From assembly GCF_009914755.1 (NCBI RefSeq), contig NC_060935.1: DNA of 64,000 bases. One strand, given 5' to 3'. The stretch comes from the human T2T-CHM13v2.0 reference genome, Homo sapiens. Position numbers and translations under genes: made by a program. The notes beneath the pieces are model-generated. The model saw only the letters and a list, made by a program, of their open reading frames with translations, had not been told where the DNA came from and did no database searches. Below are positions 1 through 15,405 of this stretch, piece after piece. The number at the start of each line of letters is the position of its first letter. The first letter of the stretch is position 1.

Positions 1-247
1 GTGATCACCTGAGCTCCGCCTCCTGTCAGATCAGTGGTGGCATTAGATTCTCGCAGGAGCGCGAACCCTGTTGTGAATGCACATGTGAGGGGTCTAGGCT
101 GTGTACTCCTTATGAGAATCTAATGCCTGCTGGTCTGAACTGGAACAGTTTCATCCTGAAACCATCTCCCCCCACCCCACCCCGTCCACGGAAAAAGTGT
201 CTTCCACGAAACTGGTCCCTGGTGCCAAAAAGGTTGGGGAACCACTG
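1..247 (+). mobile_element. MER1 (MER1B-like) hAT-Charlie DNA transposon, cut by the window start
   Basis: gagctccgcctcctgtcagatcag...gcattagattctc and the terminal gaaactggtccctggtgccaaaaaggttgggga match the MER1 consensus. Confidence 0.8.
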
Positions 248-648
248 CCCTATTCCGTCAGACCCCCACTGTTCATCTGTCTGCCCACACGCTCTTAATC
301 AAGCCCTGTGGCCTCATGAAACCCTAGGAGTGTCAGACCTCTGACTTTGTTGTTCTTCAAGATCGTCTTGGCTATTCTTGGCCCTTCACGTTGTTAGGAA
401 TATTTTAGAATCACCTTGTCGGTTTCCAATAAATAAACAAACAAACAAAAAGCACTGTGATATTGATTGGAATCATATTTAATCCACACCTCAATTTGCA
501 GAAAATTAACATCTTATAAATATTGAGTCTTCTTATACATGAACATACTATATCCCCAAGTCAAGTTAGGGCTTCTTTATCTGTCTCTCCAATGCTCAGT
601 GCTTTTCTGTGTAGCAGTCTTACACATCTTTAAACAGATTTATTTTAG

Positions 649-843
649 AGCTGGGTACGATGGCTCACACCTGTAATACCAACTACTTGGGAGGCTGAAG
701 TGAGAGGATCACTTGAGCCCAGGAGTTTGAAACCAGCCTGGGCAAAATAACAAGACCCCATCTTAGAAGAAAAAAAAAAAAAATAAGAAAGAAAGAAATA
801 AAGAAAGATTGTGAAAGCAAGACAGTAAAGAAGAAACAAAAAA
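649..843 (+). mobile_element. FLAM / Alu monomer with extended A-rich tail
   Basis: ggctcacacctgtaat...ggatcacttgagcccaggagtttgaaaccagcctgggcaa followed by poly(A) and GAAA; flanking agatttatt duplication. Confidence 0.85.
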
Positions 844-950
844 CTTTTTTGAAAGATTTATTCTTAAGTTTCTGGTCAAGTTTATGGTTATTGATGCTAT
901 TGTAATTGATATGTTTTATTTTCTAATTGTTACTAGCATATAGAAATATA

Positions 951-1229
951 CATATACATATTTTAAAGACAGGGTCTCTGCATTCCAGGCTCAGAGCTTA
1001 CAGCAGCCTTGAGCTCCTGGGCTCAAGCAGTCCGCCCATCTCAGCCTCCTGAGTAGCAAGAAGCACAGGTACACACCACCAAGCCTGGCTATTTTTTAAA
1101 TTTATTTTTTCTACAGATGGGGTCTCACTATGTTGCCCAGGCTGATCTCAAACTCCTGGGCTCAAGTGATCCTCCCACCCCACCCTCCCAAAACACTGGG
1201 ATTGCAGATGTGAGCCACTCTGTCAGGCC
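951..1229 (-). mobile_element. AluJ element
   Basis: Reverse-strand Alu dimer (ctcctgggctcaagtgatcctcccacc); target-site duplication TAGAAATATA at 941-950 and 1230-1239. Confidence 0.88.
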
Positions 1230-3579
1230 TAGAAATATAATTATTATATATCATCCTTAAAACCGGCGTTCTTGTTAAATTCATGTATTCCAACAGTTTA
1301 TCTGAGGATTCTTAGGGATTTTTTTTACATGTATGGTTATGTCATTTGCAAATAACAAATGTTTTATTTTTTCCTGTCCAATCCTTGTACCTTTTATCTC
1401 CCTTTTCCTACCTTTTTAACATACCAGCTGGGACTTTCTGGACAATGTGAAATAGAAACGATAACATCCTTGCCTTGCTTCCTGTCTCAGGAGGAAAGCG
1501 TATCACATTTCACTATTAAGTATGATGTCTGCTTAGGGTTTGGGTTTTTTTGTTTTAGTTTTTGTCTTTTTTTTTTTAGGTAATGGAGTTTCTATTCCTA
1601 GTTTGCTGAGAGTTGTGTTTTTAATTATGAACAGGTCTCGCTTTATCAAATGCTTTCTTACAATCTGTTGTGTTGATTCTATTTTTTCTGACTTATTCTG
1701 TTGATGTGAAGAGTGACGCTGCTTGGTCCTTAGAGGGTAAACTCAGCATGCACAAGTGGATTAAACCACATTCGAGCATGTGTTTGGGCACAGTGCTACA
1801 TGCAGCTTGCTGGTGGTGGTTAGGATATTTGCACGTATGTTCACGAGAGAGATTAACCTGTGATTTTTTTTTTCTTTCTTGAAATATCCTTGTCAGATTT
1901 TGATATCAAGGTTATGCTGCCTTATGAAAATACTTGTATAAAATTGACATTATTTTTTCCTTAAACATTTGGAAGAATTTACTGGTGATGTCGTCTAGAT
2001 ACAGAGTTTTCTTTGCCAGAAGATCATTAAAATTCCAAATTTAACTTATTTAATTAATATTGGGCAATTTGGATTATTTTTGTTTTTGTGTCTACTTTTA
2101 CATACTGTGTTTTTAAATAATTTGTATATTTTATCTAAATCATCAAAAGTATTTTTGTTTGTAATGTCCTCTGAATAAATGTTTCTGCACCTCTAGGTCT
2201 ATAGTGACATTCCATCTTTAACTCCTGATGGCGGTCATTTGTGTCCCCTCCCCCATCTGATCAGTCTTCCCAAAAGTGTGTCTGTTTTATTAGTCTCTTC
2301 TGAGAACCAAATTTTGGCTTTGTTGATTTTCCTTAAATAATGTTCATTTTTTATCTCATAGACTGTGCTCTTAACTTTATCTCTTCCCTCCTACTATCTT
2401 TGGTAGGAGGCAAATGGTAATTTGCCATTTTTTTAACCGCTTGAGATGGATTTCAGCCTTTCCTCTGCTCTGAGATATGCATTTAAAGCCACGAGGTTCA
2501 CTGTCTGTGCTTATTTCACTGTACTTTCAGTACCTATTTGGCTATGAATTTTAATACCTTACATTTTTATTACTATTTAATTTAAACTGTTGTTTGATTC
2601 TCATTATATATTTTTCTTTGACCCCTGGGTTATTTAGATTGTTTAATATCCAAAATACATGGAGATTCCCTAGTTATCTCTTTTTATGGATTTCTAATTT
2701 AATTGTACTGTAGTCAGAGAGCATAATAAATATGATTTGCCTGCTTTGAAATTTGTTGGAACTTGCTTCTGAAGTCTTGCATATGGTCTCTTTTGGTACA
2801 TGTTCTGTGTGCACTAGGGAAGCTTATGTAGTCTCCAGTTGTAGGGAGCAGTGTTCTGTATATGTCAAGTTGCTAATCAGGCTGTTCAAATTTGTCTCTG
2901 ACTTGACAAAGCTTTGACTGCTTTTCTATCAGTTACTGACGAGGTGTGTTCAAATCTCCCACCATTTTCTCTTTTAGCTTTTAGTTCTGCCAGTTTGCTT
3001 TATGTATTTTAAGGTTATGTTTTTAGGTGCATACAAATTTAGAATTGATCTCGTCCTGCTGAATTGACACTTTTATAAATAGGACATATTCTTCTTTAGT
3101 AATACTTAAAGTCTGCTATTGGTTTTCCTTTACTAGTTTTCATTTGGCTACACCATGACCTATCTTTTTCTATCCTTTCCCAACATGTTTTTGTATCTTT
3201 ATATTTTAAAGTGGATTTATATAGTTGTTTTTAATCATGACAATCTTGATCTTTTAATTAGACTATTAATCCACTTATAATGTATGCAATCTACCATCTT
3301 ATGCTTCTTTTTCATTTGTTTCATCTCTTCCTTTAAGTCTATTTTCTTTTCATGCTCCAAGCTGGCTATTTTCTTTGGGTTCACAGCTATTCTTTTCTAC
3401 TCTGTCGTCCCTGCTATCCAACTCACCTATTGCATTCTTCATTTCCATTATGGTCCTTACTTTTCTGGAACTTCCTTTTTATGTATCTATAAATTTTATT
3501 TCTCTGGTAAAATTGTCTATCTTTTCATCTATTTTCTTGAACCTATTTATCATGGTTATTTTGAAGTCTTCATCTAAAT

Positions 3580-4846
<1,267 letters not shown>

Positions 4847-6154
4847 CTTTAGATCTGTATGATCTCTCTTTTCCCTTGCCTTTTAGTCTTTCGTGTATAA
4901 AATTGTAGATGCTCGAGGGTATTATCTCCCTACAGATAATTTTATTTTCTTCTGCCACGCGCAAAGCACCTTACTCCAGTAGGGGATTGAGAGAGGTGGG
5001 GTTAATGTGATGGAAAGTTGGCATTGCTTAGTTTCTGGGGCTGCCTTCTAGATAGCTTCTAAACCCCAAAGCTTCTCTCCACAGTGCCATGCGTCTACTG
5101 AGTACTCTGCTTAGCTTTTACCCCTTCAGCAACTGCTTTTTGCTCAGTTTCTGTGATTCTCACCCACCCGTGTGGCTTAGGAATTCACAAGTGTTTCCAG
5201 AGGAAGTTGTGTGAAAGGTGGCTAGAGGACCAGAATCTTTTTCCCTCGTGTCCTGGCTGTCCTGTGGCCCTGGACTCCACATTTTTATCACTAGCCCACT
5301 GGGCCCCCACCCTGTTGGGTGTCAGTGCTCCCCAAACTGACAAGTGCCCTGAGGAGGAAACGCTCGGATGCAGGCGCAGCTCAGTTCATTTCCTTTCTAT
5401 GTGGGATCCTCACCTTCTATGTCTTTCTTGGTCTCCAAAGCCTCACACAGCTGTTCCTTGCTGTTGGCATCACTTAGTCTCGCAGTCCCTGGTGTTTCCA
5501 TCAGGAAAGTCAGGCAGGCGTTAGCTTCACTGCCAGGAGGGAATCTCCTGTGGCCTCCATGGCGCTGTGTTTTCTTCCAGTCTTTTTTCTATGCACAGAC
5601 ACATCATCCCCTTTGTTTCCTTTTGTGATGCTGTTTCTAAAAGGATCTTTATTTCTAGAAGAAACTTTAGGAGGCAAAAACAGCGCAGCCCCCTTAACAG
5701 AGTGGCTCTGGTGGCAACTTTCCCTTGTTAATTTGTCCTGTAGCCCCTACTTTCCCAAGCGCTTGCTGTTTGTGGGGCTACAGGACACAGCAGCTGAAAG
5801 GGGCTGTGGGCATCGCCAGCATGTACCCTCTTATCCCATTTGCTGACAAGGATCCTGAAGGCCCAAGCATAGAAAGAAGTTGCTATGGCTGCCATGTGTC
5901 AGCAGCATAGCCATGGCCAACTCAGGGCCCTGACTCCTACCTGACCCCCTTCTGAATGACACTCAAGGTAAGGGTCCCCTTCCCACTCACAGGTGAGGTG
6001 AAACATTTCACCTTGAAAAGCCTCTTGCCCCCAGCCTCCCCTCGAGCCCACACTGGGACATGGCCTAAGTATCTCCATCCCATGGAGTTGAACACTCTCC
6101 TTGTTTCTGGAAGGATCCAGTCTGCGTGCTCCTCAGGCAGTGCAGGGGCAGTGA

Positions 6155-6334
<180 letters not shown>

Positions 6335-7134
6335 TGATGCAGCTGCCCACACCTCTCCTGGGTTCTCTCCTGCCCATAGTGGAGGGTGTCAAGGCCTCCG
6401 CCCCCAAGCCACACAGGCAGGCCTATCTGAGACCTGACAGTGCCTACCCCACCGAACCCCAGACAGCAGGCCCCTCAGAGGACCTATCCTTGGAGGCCCG
6501 GCCTGGAACCAGGGACACATGCAGTGTCTTCTTCACCAAGTAGAAGGCAGCAGCCGTGTAGCTCACTCAGTCCTCCCGTGGGGTGGGTCGTGCAAGGCAG
6601 CATTAGTGAGAGATGTGAGGGTGACATCAGAATGACTCAGAGATGGTGCGGAGCCTGCCCTGAGTCACCAAGCTGGGAAGGCAGGTCCCCCAGACCCCCC
6701 AGCCCTGTCCTCCACTGGCTCAGTGCTCTCATTCCCTGCTCCTCCACCCTCTGTGAGTTGGGAGGATGGAGGGAGGCTGGGCCCTGCTCTGTAAGAGGTG
6801 GGGTCCCCTTGGCCAGGTGAGGCTGGAGCTCCGGGGCTTCCATAAGCTGCCCTAACTTCTCCAGGGGCATGTCCCCCCTACAGAAGCCCCTTAGAGCCCC
6901 CAGAGTCCATGCCCCGCAGAGAATGCCATTGATGGCAGGCATGTCTCCCCTCCTGCCTTGGGGACATTCCTCGGATGAAGGCGGTGGTGGGGGGTACTGA
7001 GTCCTGGCTTGGAAATACATGTGTAGGTGTGGGAACCCCGTATCCTCTGTGATGGGTGATCCAGAAGGCAAAAATCACAAAGCAGGGAAGGCTGGGGGGT
7101 GACTTGCCTGAGTCCCTTGGAGCGGAGGGCGTGT

Positions 7135-7469
7135 GACGTGCTTGAGTGAGTGCGTGTCTGCCGGAGCAGGGCGGGGTGGGGCTTCTGAGCTGGGGGCCCC
7201 TGGCACCTCAGCCACAGCCTCACCAGTCATAAGGCACAGCCCAGGAAGGCTCAGCAATGTCCGCCGACCACCAGGACCCACAGTCGGTGGCATCCCAGCC
7301 CACCAAGACTTATCCTGGAGCCACTGAGCTCCCTGCTAGGGTCTAGTCAGGGCTTATGGGGGCCTTTGTCAAGAGGTCGTTGGGTCGGGCTGGGAAGATC
7401 ATCTTGACTTCAGGAGCCTGAGATGAGCCAAGATAATGCACAGCCCATCCAGACGGACTGACAGTGGCA
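7135..7469 (+). repeat. Left arm of a long inverted repeat (pairs with 9752-10088)
   Basis: gggctgggaagatcatcttgacttcaggagcctgagatgagccaagataatgc is near-identical to the reverse complement of 9781-9833; the opposite-strand ORF translations are also similar. Confidence 0.92.
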
Positions 7470-8644
7470 TTCAAGTCTGGTCCCCCTGCAGCCATGTCTT
7501 TCACACCAGGCCACACCTTCCACTCCAGGCCCCAGGATTGACACAGGCCCGCCCACAGTCTCCTTGGTGGAGCCCCCACCCATCTGGGCCCTGGAGCCAC
7601 CTCAGCCTCCAGACTTCACAGGGCGGTCTGGGTGCAGACCCTGGCACAGGCAGCCCTGGGCAAGTTCTTCCCCAGCTGTGAGGGGAATGAGAGCCTAAGG
7701 GTTTGGCATAAGATCATATGCACGTGCCTCACCCGGGCCTTGCCCCCAGCAACCCCAGGCCAGCACCCGCTAGGCTCGTCGTCACTCTGAGCCCCAAGAG
7801 CAGCCCTCGGCCAGGCCCTTGCCAAGAGCAGTATGCGGGCCCTCGTTCTGGCCACCGGGCCACCATCTCCAGGGGGGTTTCGCATGCACAGCCCTCCCAC
7901 AGTGGTGTTTCTCAGCTGGCCCTCCCACCTGCATCCCCCCAGGGAAGGGGGTGGTTCATGACTCAACTGAACCAAGTTGTGTCAAAGCTCCCAGCAGTGC
8001 CTGGGACCTCTTGCAGTCAAAATAAAAGCCATGGCAAATGCCACTGCTGGCCAGTGCCCGGAGATCTGCCTGGCATGTTCTAGGGGAGATCTGACAGCCC
8101 CTGTGGACCAGGGTGTCTCCATTCTGGGACCGTCTCCTCTCTCTGGTGCTGGCATGGAGGGCCTTGCTGGAGCAGGGAGCTCACTCGGGGGCAATGGAAG
8201 AGAGAGGCCAGCCTCCTGGCAGCACCAGTGCTCTCCCAGACAGGGAAGGGGCTGCGTGAACCCCTTTGGGACTCAGATCTGGGCAGGGCAGTCCCCCGAG
8301 GGCAGAGGAGACCATGGGAAGGGCCAGGGTGTGTCAGTTCGCTGGAGAACAGCATGGTCGTGACAGCCGAAGCAGCTGACGTCACCCCAGCAGTAGAGCA
8401 GAGGGACACAGGGAGCCTCCCAGGGTGGGGCTGGTGTCTGGCCTGAGGGTGCAGAGCAGGTCCCAGCAGGGCAGAGCCAGAGCCCACCAAGGCTTGCAGA
8501 ACTGCGCCACTTGGGCATCCTGGGGGCTGCTTCCAAGGTCTGGGGGAACCCAGCAGAGCATGCAGACCCTGATGGCTCCTGGGCAGGCCTAGCTCCAGGG
8601 GTGGTGTGGGCAGCTTCCAGCTCAGGTCAAGAGATCATCCAGCC

Positions 8645-9116
<472 letters not shown>

Positions 9117-9751
9117 AGAGATCATCTGCGCCAGCCCCAGCAGGCCCTGTCGCTGAGCCACAGGTGAAAAAGCTGGTCCCTGGGGAGGAACACAGTGAGC
9201 CCTGCACTCCCTTCCAGACAGGAGGGAGTGGGTCCCCTTTCCTGTCTTAGGACACAGGCCGGGACCCTGAGAATGGCCCAGGAGGCTTCCTGAAGCAGAC
9301 TGGGAAACCCCCACCCCACTGTCTGCTTCTCCACTGCTCCCTGGCCCTGGGAGCCTTGCAGAAACCTGGCAACAGCAGGATCCTCGCAGGGCACAGAGGC
9401 TCCTGCACAAAGCCGCTGGGGCTCCCTCCGACCTCACCAGCTGGCTCTTATTGCTGGGAGCAGCATGGAGGGGTGGGGCCAGGGTGAGGGGAGCAGTAGC
9501 CCGTGGCAGTGAGGAGCTGTGTGTGGCTCCAGGGGCTCCCCTAGCCCACCTCTCAGGATGCTTCCCTTCCTCGACGCCTGCCTGTCTGCTTGCTTGCACC
9601 CCACCCCACCCCCGCTGGCCTCAGGGGCTGCTGACATGGCAGGTGACCCCTCTGCCTACCTTGCTGGCTGATAAGTCCTTGGCCAACCACCCCTGTGTCT
9701 GGCCCAAGGAGCCGGAGCCTCTCCACCCTTCAAGTGTGCCTTGAACTCCCT

Positions 9752-10088
9752 GTCCACCATCAGTCAGTCTGGACAGGCCTGCATTATCTCGGCTCATCTC
9801 AGGCTCCTGAAGTCAGGATGATCTTTCCAGCCCAACCCCAGAGGACCACTGGACAAAGGCCCCCGTGAGCCCTAACCGTATCCTAGCAGGCATCTCAGTG
9901 GCTCCAGGATAAGTCTCTGTGGGCTGGGATGCCACCGGGCCGTGGGTCCTCATGGTCTGCGGGCATTGCTGAGCCTTCTTGGGCTATGCCCTACACCAGG
10001 TAAGGCTGTGGCTGAAGGTGCAGGGAGCTCTCTGCTGATAGGCCCACCCAGCCCTGCTCCTGCAGACGTGCACACACTCAGGTACATA
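9752..10088 (-). repeat. Right arm of a long inverted repeat (pairs with 7135-7469)
   Basis: Hand alignment of 7241-7440 against the reverse complement of 9780-9983 gives about 28 differences in about 203 columns (~86% identity). Confidence 0.92.
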
Positions 10089-10464
10089 ATACTTCCTTGC
10101 CCACAACAGGCCTGTTTGGAAGCACTCGCATCTGCAGAGGCTGCTAACACACACACCTACACCCACCTGGTCACAGTGGCCCAGAGACTCCTAGGGCTTG
10201 GTTTTCCCCTGCCCTGCCTCCCTTCACCTGCCCACACCGCACCCAGATGGTTGGAGGTGCCCCATGCTTCAGCTTCACAGAGCTCTGTGGTCTGCAGGAG
10301 GCTCACCACCATGACTCATGCCATGTTCAATGTGTTCTGAAGAGAGGCTTCGGCCACAGCTGGCTGTGACTCTGGCTCTGGCATGGTGCTGGCTTAGGAT
10401 TCCCTGACCTTTCTCAACTCCCATCCTATGTCATCCTCACTCCCTCCCTTAAGGCAGAGCAAGG

Positions 10465-11580
10465 CAGGGCTCAGCATCCCATCTTAGAGAAGAGAGCGTA
10501 GAATCTCCATCATACAGAAGGGACATACAGAAGGGAGAAACAGAGTTCAACAACCCGTCCTACAGAAAGGAAGATCAAGGCTCAGTATCCCATCTTATAG
10601 AAGAGAGAGGCAGGGCTCAGCATCCCATCTTGCAGAAAGGAGCTTAGAATCTCCATTATACAGAAAGGAGAAACAGAGCTCAGCAACTCATCTTACAGAA
10701 AGGAGGATCAAGGCTTAGCATCCCATCTTATAGAAGAGAGAGACAGGGCTCAGCGTCCAATCTTACAGAAAGGAGGATCAAGGCTCGGCATCCCATCTTA
10801 TAGAAGATACCAACAGGGCTCAGCATCCCATCTTACAGAAAGGAGGATCAGGGCTCAGCATCCCATCTTACAGAAAGGAGGATCAGGGCTCAGCATCCCA
10901 TCTTACAGAAGGGAGCTCAGCATTTTCATCCTATAGGAAGGAGAAACATCCCATCTTCCAAAAGGGGGGATCAGGGCTCAGCATCCCATCTTACAGAAAG
11001 GAAGATCAAGGCTCAGTATTCCATCTTACAGAAAGGAGCTCAGTATCTCCATCTTACAGGAGGGAGAAACAGGGCTCAGTGTCCCATCTTCCAAAAGGGA
11101 GGATCAGGGCTCAATATCCCATCTTACAGAAAGGAGAGTCAAGGCTCAGCATTCCATCTTACAGAAGGGAGCTTAGCATCTCCATCTTACAGGAGATGCT
11201 ACCAGGTACAAGAGATGCTACCAGATGCTAACAGGGCTCAGCAACCCACCTTACAGAAGGGGAGGATTGAGGCTCAGCATCCCATCTTAAAGAAGAGAGA
11301 GACAGGGTTCAGCATCCCATATTACAGAAGGGGGAATCAAGGCTCAGCATCCCATCTTATAGAAGACAGAGACAGGGTTCAGCATCCCATCTTACAGAAA
11401 AGAGAATTAAGACTCAACATCCCATTTCATAGAAGAGAACTCAGCATCTCCATCTTATAGGAAGGAGAAACAGGGCTCAGCATCCCCTTTTACGGAAGAG
11501 AGAGACAGGGCTCAGCATTTTATCTTACAGAAGAGAGAAGAAGGACTTAGCATTCCCATATTACAGGAGAAACTGAGACC
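10465..11580. repeat. Degenerate minisatellite, ~24-35 bp units, consensus CAGGGCTCAGCATCCCATCTTACAGAAAGGAGGAT, roughly 30 copies
   Basis: Repeated CTCAGCATCCCATCTTA(C/T)AGAA motif throughout; ends in the MIR-core-like cccatattacaggagaaactgagacc. Confidence 0.9.
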
Positions 11581-13077
11581 TGAGGATGTTATTACTAGCC
11601 TGTACATAAGTACGGTTTTTACGGGCCAGAGGGTCTGCCTAGAGTCCAACCCCATGCCTGCCTCTATCACAGTTCTTGGTGTGTCATTTCTGGGCAATGC
11701 CGGCGATCCTGGTGCCCAGTGTGGCCCCAGGAGCAGCAGGCCCTTCCTTCCATGGGGCACAGCTGTGTTGTGAGGACACGGGCCCCATCCCAGCCCTCCT
11801 GATCTCAGGATCTCCCGTTCAGGGCCCAGAGAGTGGCTAGTGTTGCCAGTGAGGGCCCTACCTGCTTGTGTCAGGTGGAAGAGGAACCCCCTGAACTTCT
11901 GAGGCCCAGCCTTTGGTAGGGAGGAGGTCTCTGCCCTGTCTTGGGATTCCTGGGGTCCAAAACAATGTTGGGCGGGCTGTAAGAACTCCACCAAGCCTCC
12001 GGCATTGGTGGCAGAACCCCTGGGCATGTCAGAAGTGTGTCTAGAGCTGAAAGTGGGTACATGGAGACCTGACCTCAGGGTCTCCCCATCTGGGAACTTG
12101 CTGCTTCCCAGGGTAGAAGTGGCTGCATCCTCAGATTAAGGTCACCCTGGTCTCAGGAGTAGGACCCCAAAGAGAGGTAGCAGGTGGGCAGGGAGGGCAT
12201 GTTCCCAGACCCAGCCCGGGCCCTCAACGGTACCTGAGCTTCCTCCTTTCTCATCCTGGGCCTCAATTGCCTCCCTCTGACTTGGGCTGGCCCTGCCCCA
12301 CCCCTCCCCACCAAGCCGCTTGGCTCGTCTCTTGGGCCTTGCAAATTCCCCAGCAAAAGGCAGGAAAGCCACTAGCTCAGTGCTAAGGTGGCTATTTGAG
12401 CACTAATGATGACTACCCTGGGCCTCACCCGGTCACCCAGTGGCCTCTCGGGATAGAGGCAGTCTGTTGTCCTATGTGCTGGCTTGCCTGCAGGGCCAAG
12501 GCCTTCCTAGGCCATCAAACCCCTGCTCAGCCTGGCTGCTCCACCTGAGTGAGGCCCTTGGGAGCAAGGCCACAAATGTGGCTTGGGGTTTCCTGATATC
12601 ATGAGATGCTTTGTTTTCTCTGTTGTGGTTTCAAGATGTCACCTGAGTCCCACTTATAGGCTTAGAGCTGGCAACAAGCCTGGGAGCCCTGGGGTCCCCT
12701 GCCCTGCCTCACATGGCCCCAGCCCCACTGTGGGAGCCCAAGCAGATGCTCGTCACCCACAGCAAGTGCTGCAGGCTAAGGCCGTCATCTGGGGCCACCC
12801 CTGCTGCCTGGCACAAACTGCCAGGAACGATGCAGAGGAGACCCGCTCCCTACCCTGAGGACAGTGGCGGCTGCAGCCAGTGAGCATGTCAAGGGTCAGT
12901 CTGGGGCCCAGGTAGGTAGTGGGCATGCAGAGCTGTGCCTCCTGGTCAGTGCCTGGCACTGTGCTGCTCCTTGACCCCTTGGGGGGGCCAGCTCTTCCTG
13001 AAGCCATTGAGAACCAGAACTGGTAGCCTGGGGTGGTGGGGGGTGGAAGGGAGGAGACAGCAGGCCCCTGCCGGTGA

Positions 13078-13485
<408 letters not shown>

Positions 13486-14352
13486 TGATCAGCGGTGCCG
13501 GAGGAGGGAGGGGCTGAGACCCTGAGTTCTTGCCTCTCAACCACCCCCTTCTCCTCACCACCCCCAGCCCTGCAGAGGGAGGGCAGCTGGCCACGGCCAC
13601 GGTTCACAGCCAGCCCACCAGGCAGCTCTACCTTGTTCCCCGCCCGGATCTGAGATGATGGGGGAATTGGGGTAGGGGAGGCGCGTAGGGGAGGCAAACA
13701 CCCGCCTCCGTCCCTGCTCAGGTAGCAACACCAGCTTCACACTCCCCACAACTTCAGGACACTCGGCAGCCAGCCCACCCGCCTTCCCTGTCACCTCTGA
13801 GCAAGGGGCCAGGCCCAGCCCTGGGAAGACACTGCCTGGTGCCAGGCCCCACCGCACGGGTCTCCCCCAGACTGGCCTGGAGCTGGAGACCCTGACTGTG
13901 GGGAGCTAATGTGTTCCCATGGAGCTAGCACCATCCTCCCGGGCCTGCACAGACTCAGAGCAGCTGTGCCTCCGAGATGGGCTCGCCTGGGAACTAGCTC
14001 CGTGTGTTACAGGGCATGGCTGGGAGCCCGTGTCCATCCTGGCCACAGGCGAGGGGTCAGGCTGCCTTGCCCATGGCTGATCCACTGCCTCCCACTCCTA
14101 CCCCCAGGGAGGAAGTCTGAGAGGCAGCCCACCGACTCCCCCTTTCCGAGATCCCTGCTCAGCCCCCTCGGGAGCATGGCCCTCTGGGGGGTTGGGAGTG
14201 ACCTGGCAGGCCTTAGGGTCGGGGGTGTCCCCAGAGTGGGTGGACAGTCCACTGTCTTGCCGGGCACGTCAAGCTGTCTGTCCCACAGACGACAGTGCAT
14301 CTGCGCAGTGCCAGGGCCAGGTGTGAACTGGTGTCTGTGTCCTTCTCTCCAG

Positions 14353-14399
14353 GCTGGACCAGTCCATTGGGAAGCCCTCACTGTTCATCTCCGTCTCAG
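14353..14399 (+). CDS. KCNQ1: KCNQ1 coding exon 14 (c.1686-1732)
   Basis: ccttctctccAG acceptor and GTgggt donor; 47 nt; (R)LDQSIGKPSLFISVS; phases fit exons 13 and 15. Confidence 0.97.
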
Positions 14400-15343
14400 G
14401 TGGGTTTCTGTGTCAGTTACTCTGGGCCCAGCAGCCTGCAACGGACTCTCCCGCACCTCTGCCCTCCTGGCTCTCCCCATGATGTCAGAATGGGCCATTG
14501 CACCTCCAAAGTGCATGACATGAAATGAAAGCCAGGGAGTAAGGGGAGGTAGACCCCACCCTTAGCAAAGTGGCTCCAAAGTACGTTTTACAAAGGAATA
14601 TTCAGGTTTCATAAGAACCTACCTGGGTCCCTTTAAATTCCAGGGCGTTGAGGTTAGGCTCTAGGTGTGGAAACATGAACCCAGGGCAACTTTGCAGAAG
14701 GGGGTGATCCTGGGGTGGGGTTTGGGTGGGGGGAGCTGCCAGCCCAGAATTCAAGAGACTATGGGTGGGGGCCTTGCAGGGCTCAAGTTGAGAGGGACAG
14801 AAGCACCTGGCTGCAGCCTGGGGGCTGGTTTTCTGGCTCCTTGACCAAATTCCTTGGGTCCCCTGGACACGGGGCTGTGAGTCATTCCGGGGAATGACAG
14901 GGAAAAGGCACATTCCCTGGGGTTTCCCTAGCCCAGATGCAAACAGCAGCCACGGCTCATAGTGTGGGCTGGTGTAACGGGGACAGCGGAATGGCTGTGC
15001 CCCCAGCCTGGAGTCAGGCCTGTGTCGCCCTGGGAGTGGAATGGCATGGGCTTGCACAGCTGGCAGTGTGGCCAGCTTAGGCAGCCCCCTAGGGCTCTCA
15101 GAGGTCAGAGGTGGAGAGCGTGGAGCAGGATGGAGCCCAGGTCCCCAGCTGCAGCCATGCCCGGCCACCGTACCACCCCTGGTATTTTTGTCATAGCATG
15201 CTTTTTAAAAATGTCCTAGTAGGTTTAGGCATTTTGACTCTCAGCTACCTCCCCCAGCCCTACCACCCCACTTCCCAAGCCCAGCTGGGGTCCCCGGCCC
15301 ACCCCAGCACTTGGCCCTGATTTGGGTGTTTTATCCCCCATAG

Positions 15344-15405
15344 AAAAGAGCAAGGATCGCGGCAGCAACACGATCGGCGCCCGCCTGAACCGAGTAGAAG
15401 ACAAG
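15344..15405 (+). CDS. KCNQ1: KCNQ1 coding exon 15 (c.1733-1794; start of helix D tetramerisation coiled coil)
   Basis: ttttatcccccatAG acceptor and GTaggc donor; 62 nt; (E)KSKDRGSNTIGARLNRVEDK. Confidence 0.98.

Noticed and set aside
10465-11580. Regularly spaced repeats that superficially resemble a CRISPR array
   Set aside because: Human intron; degenerate tandem units with no unique spacers and no cas genes
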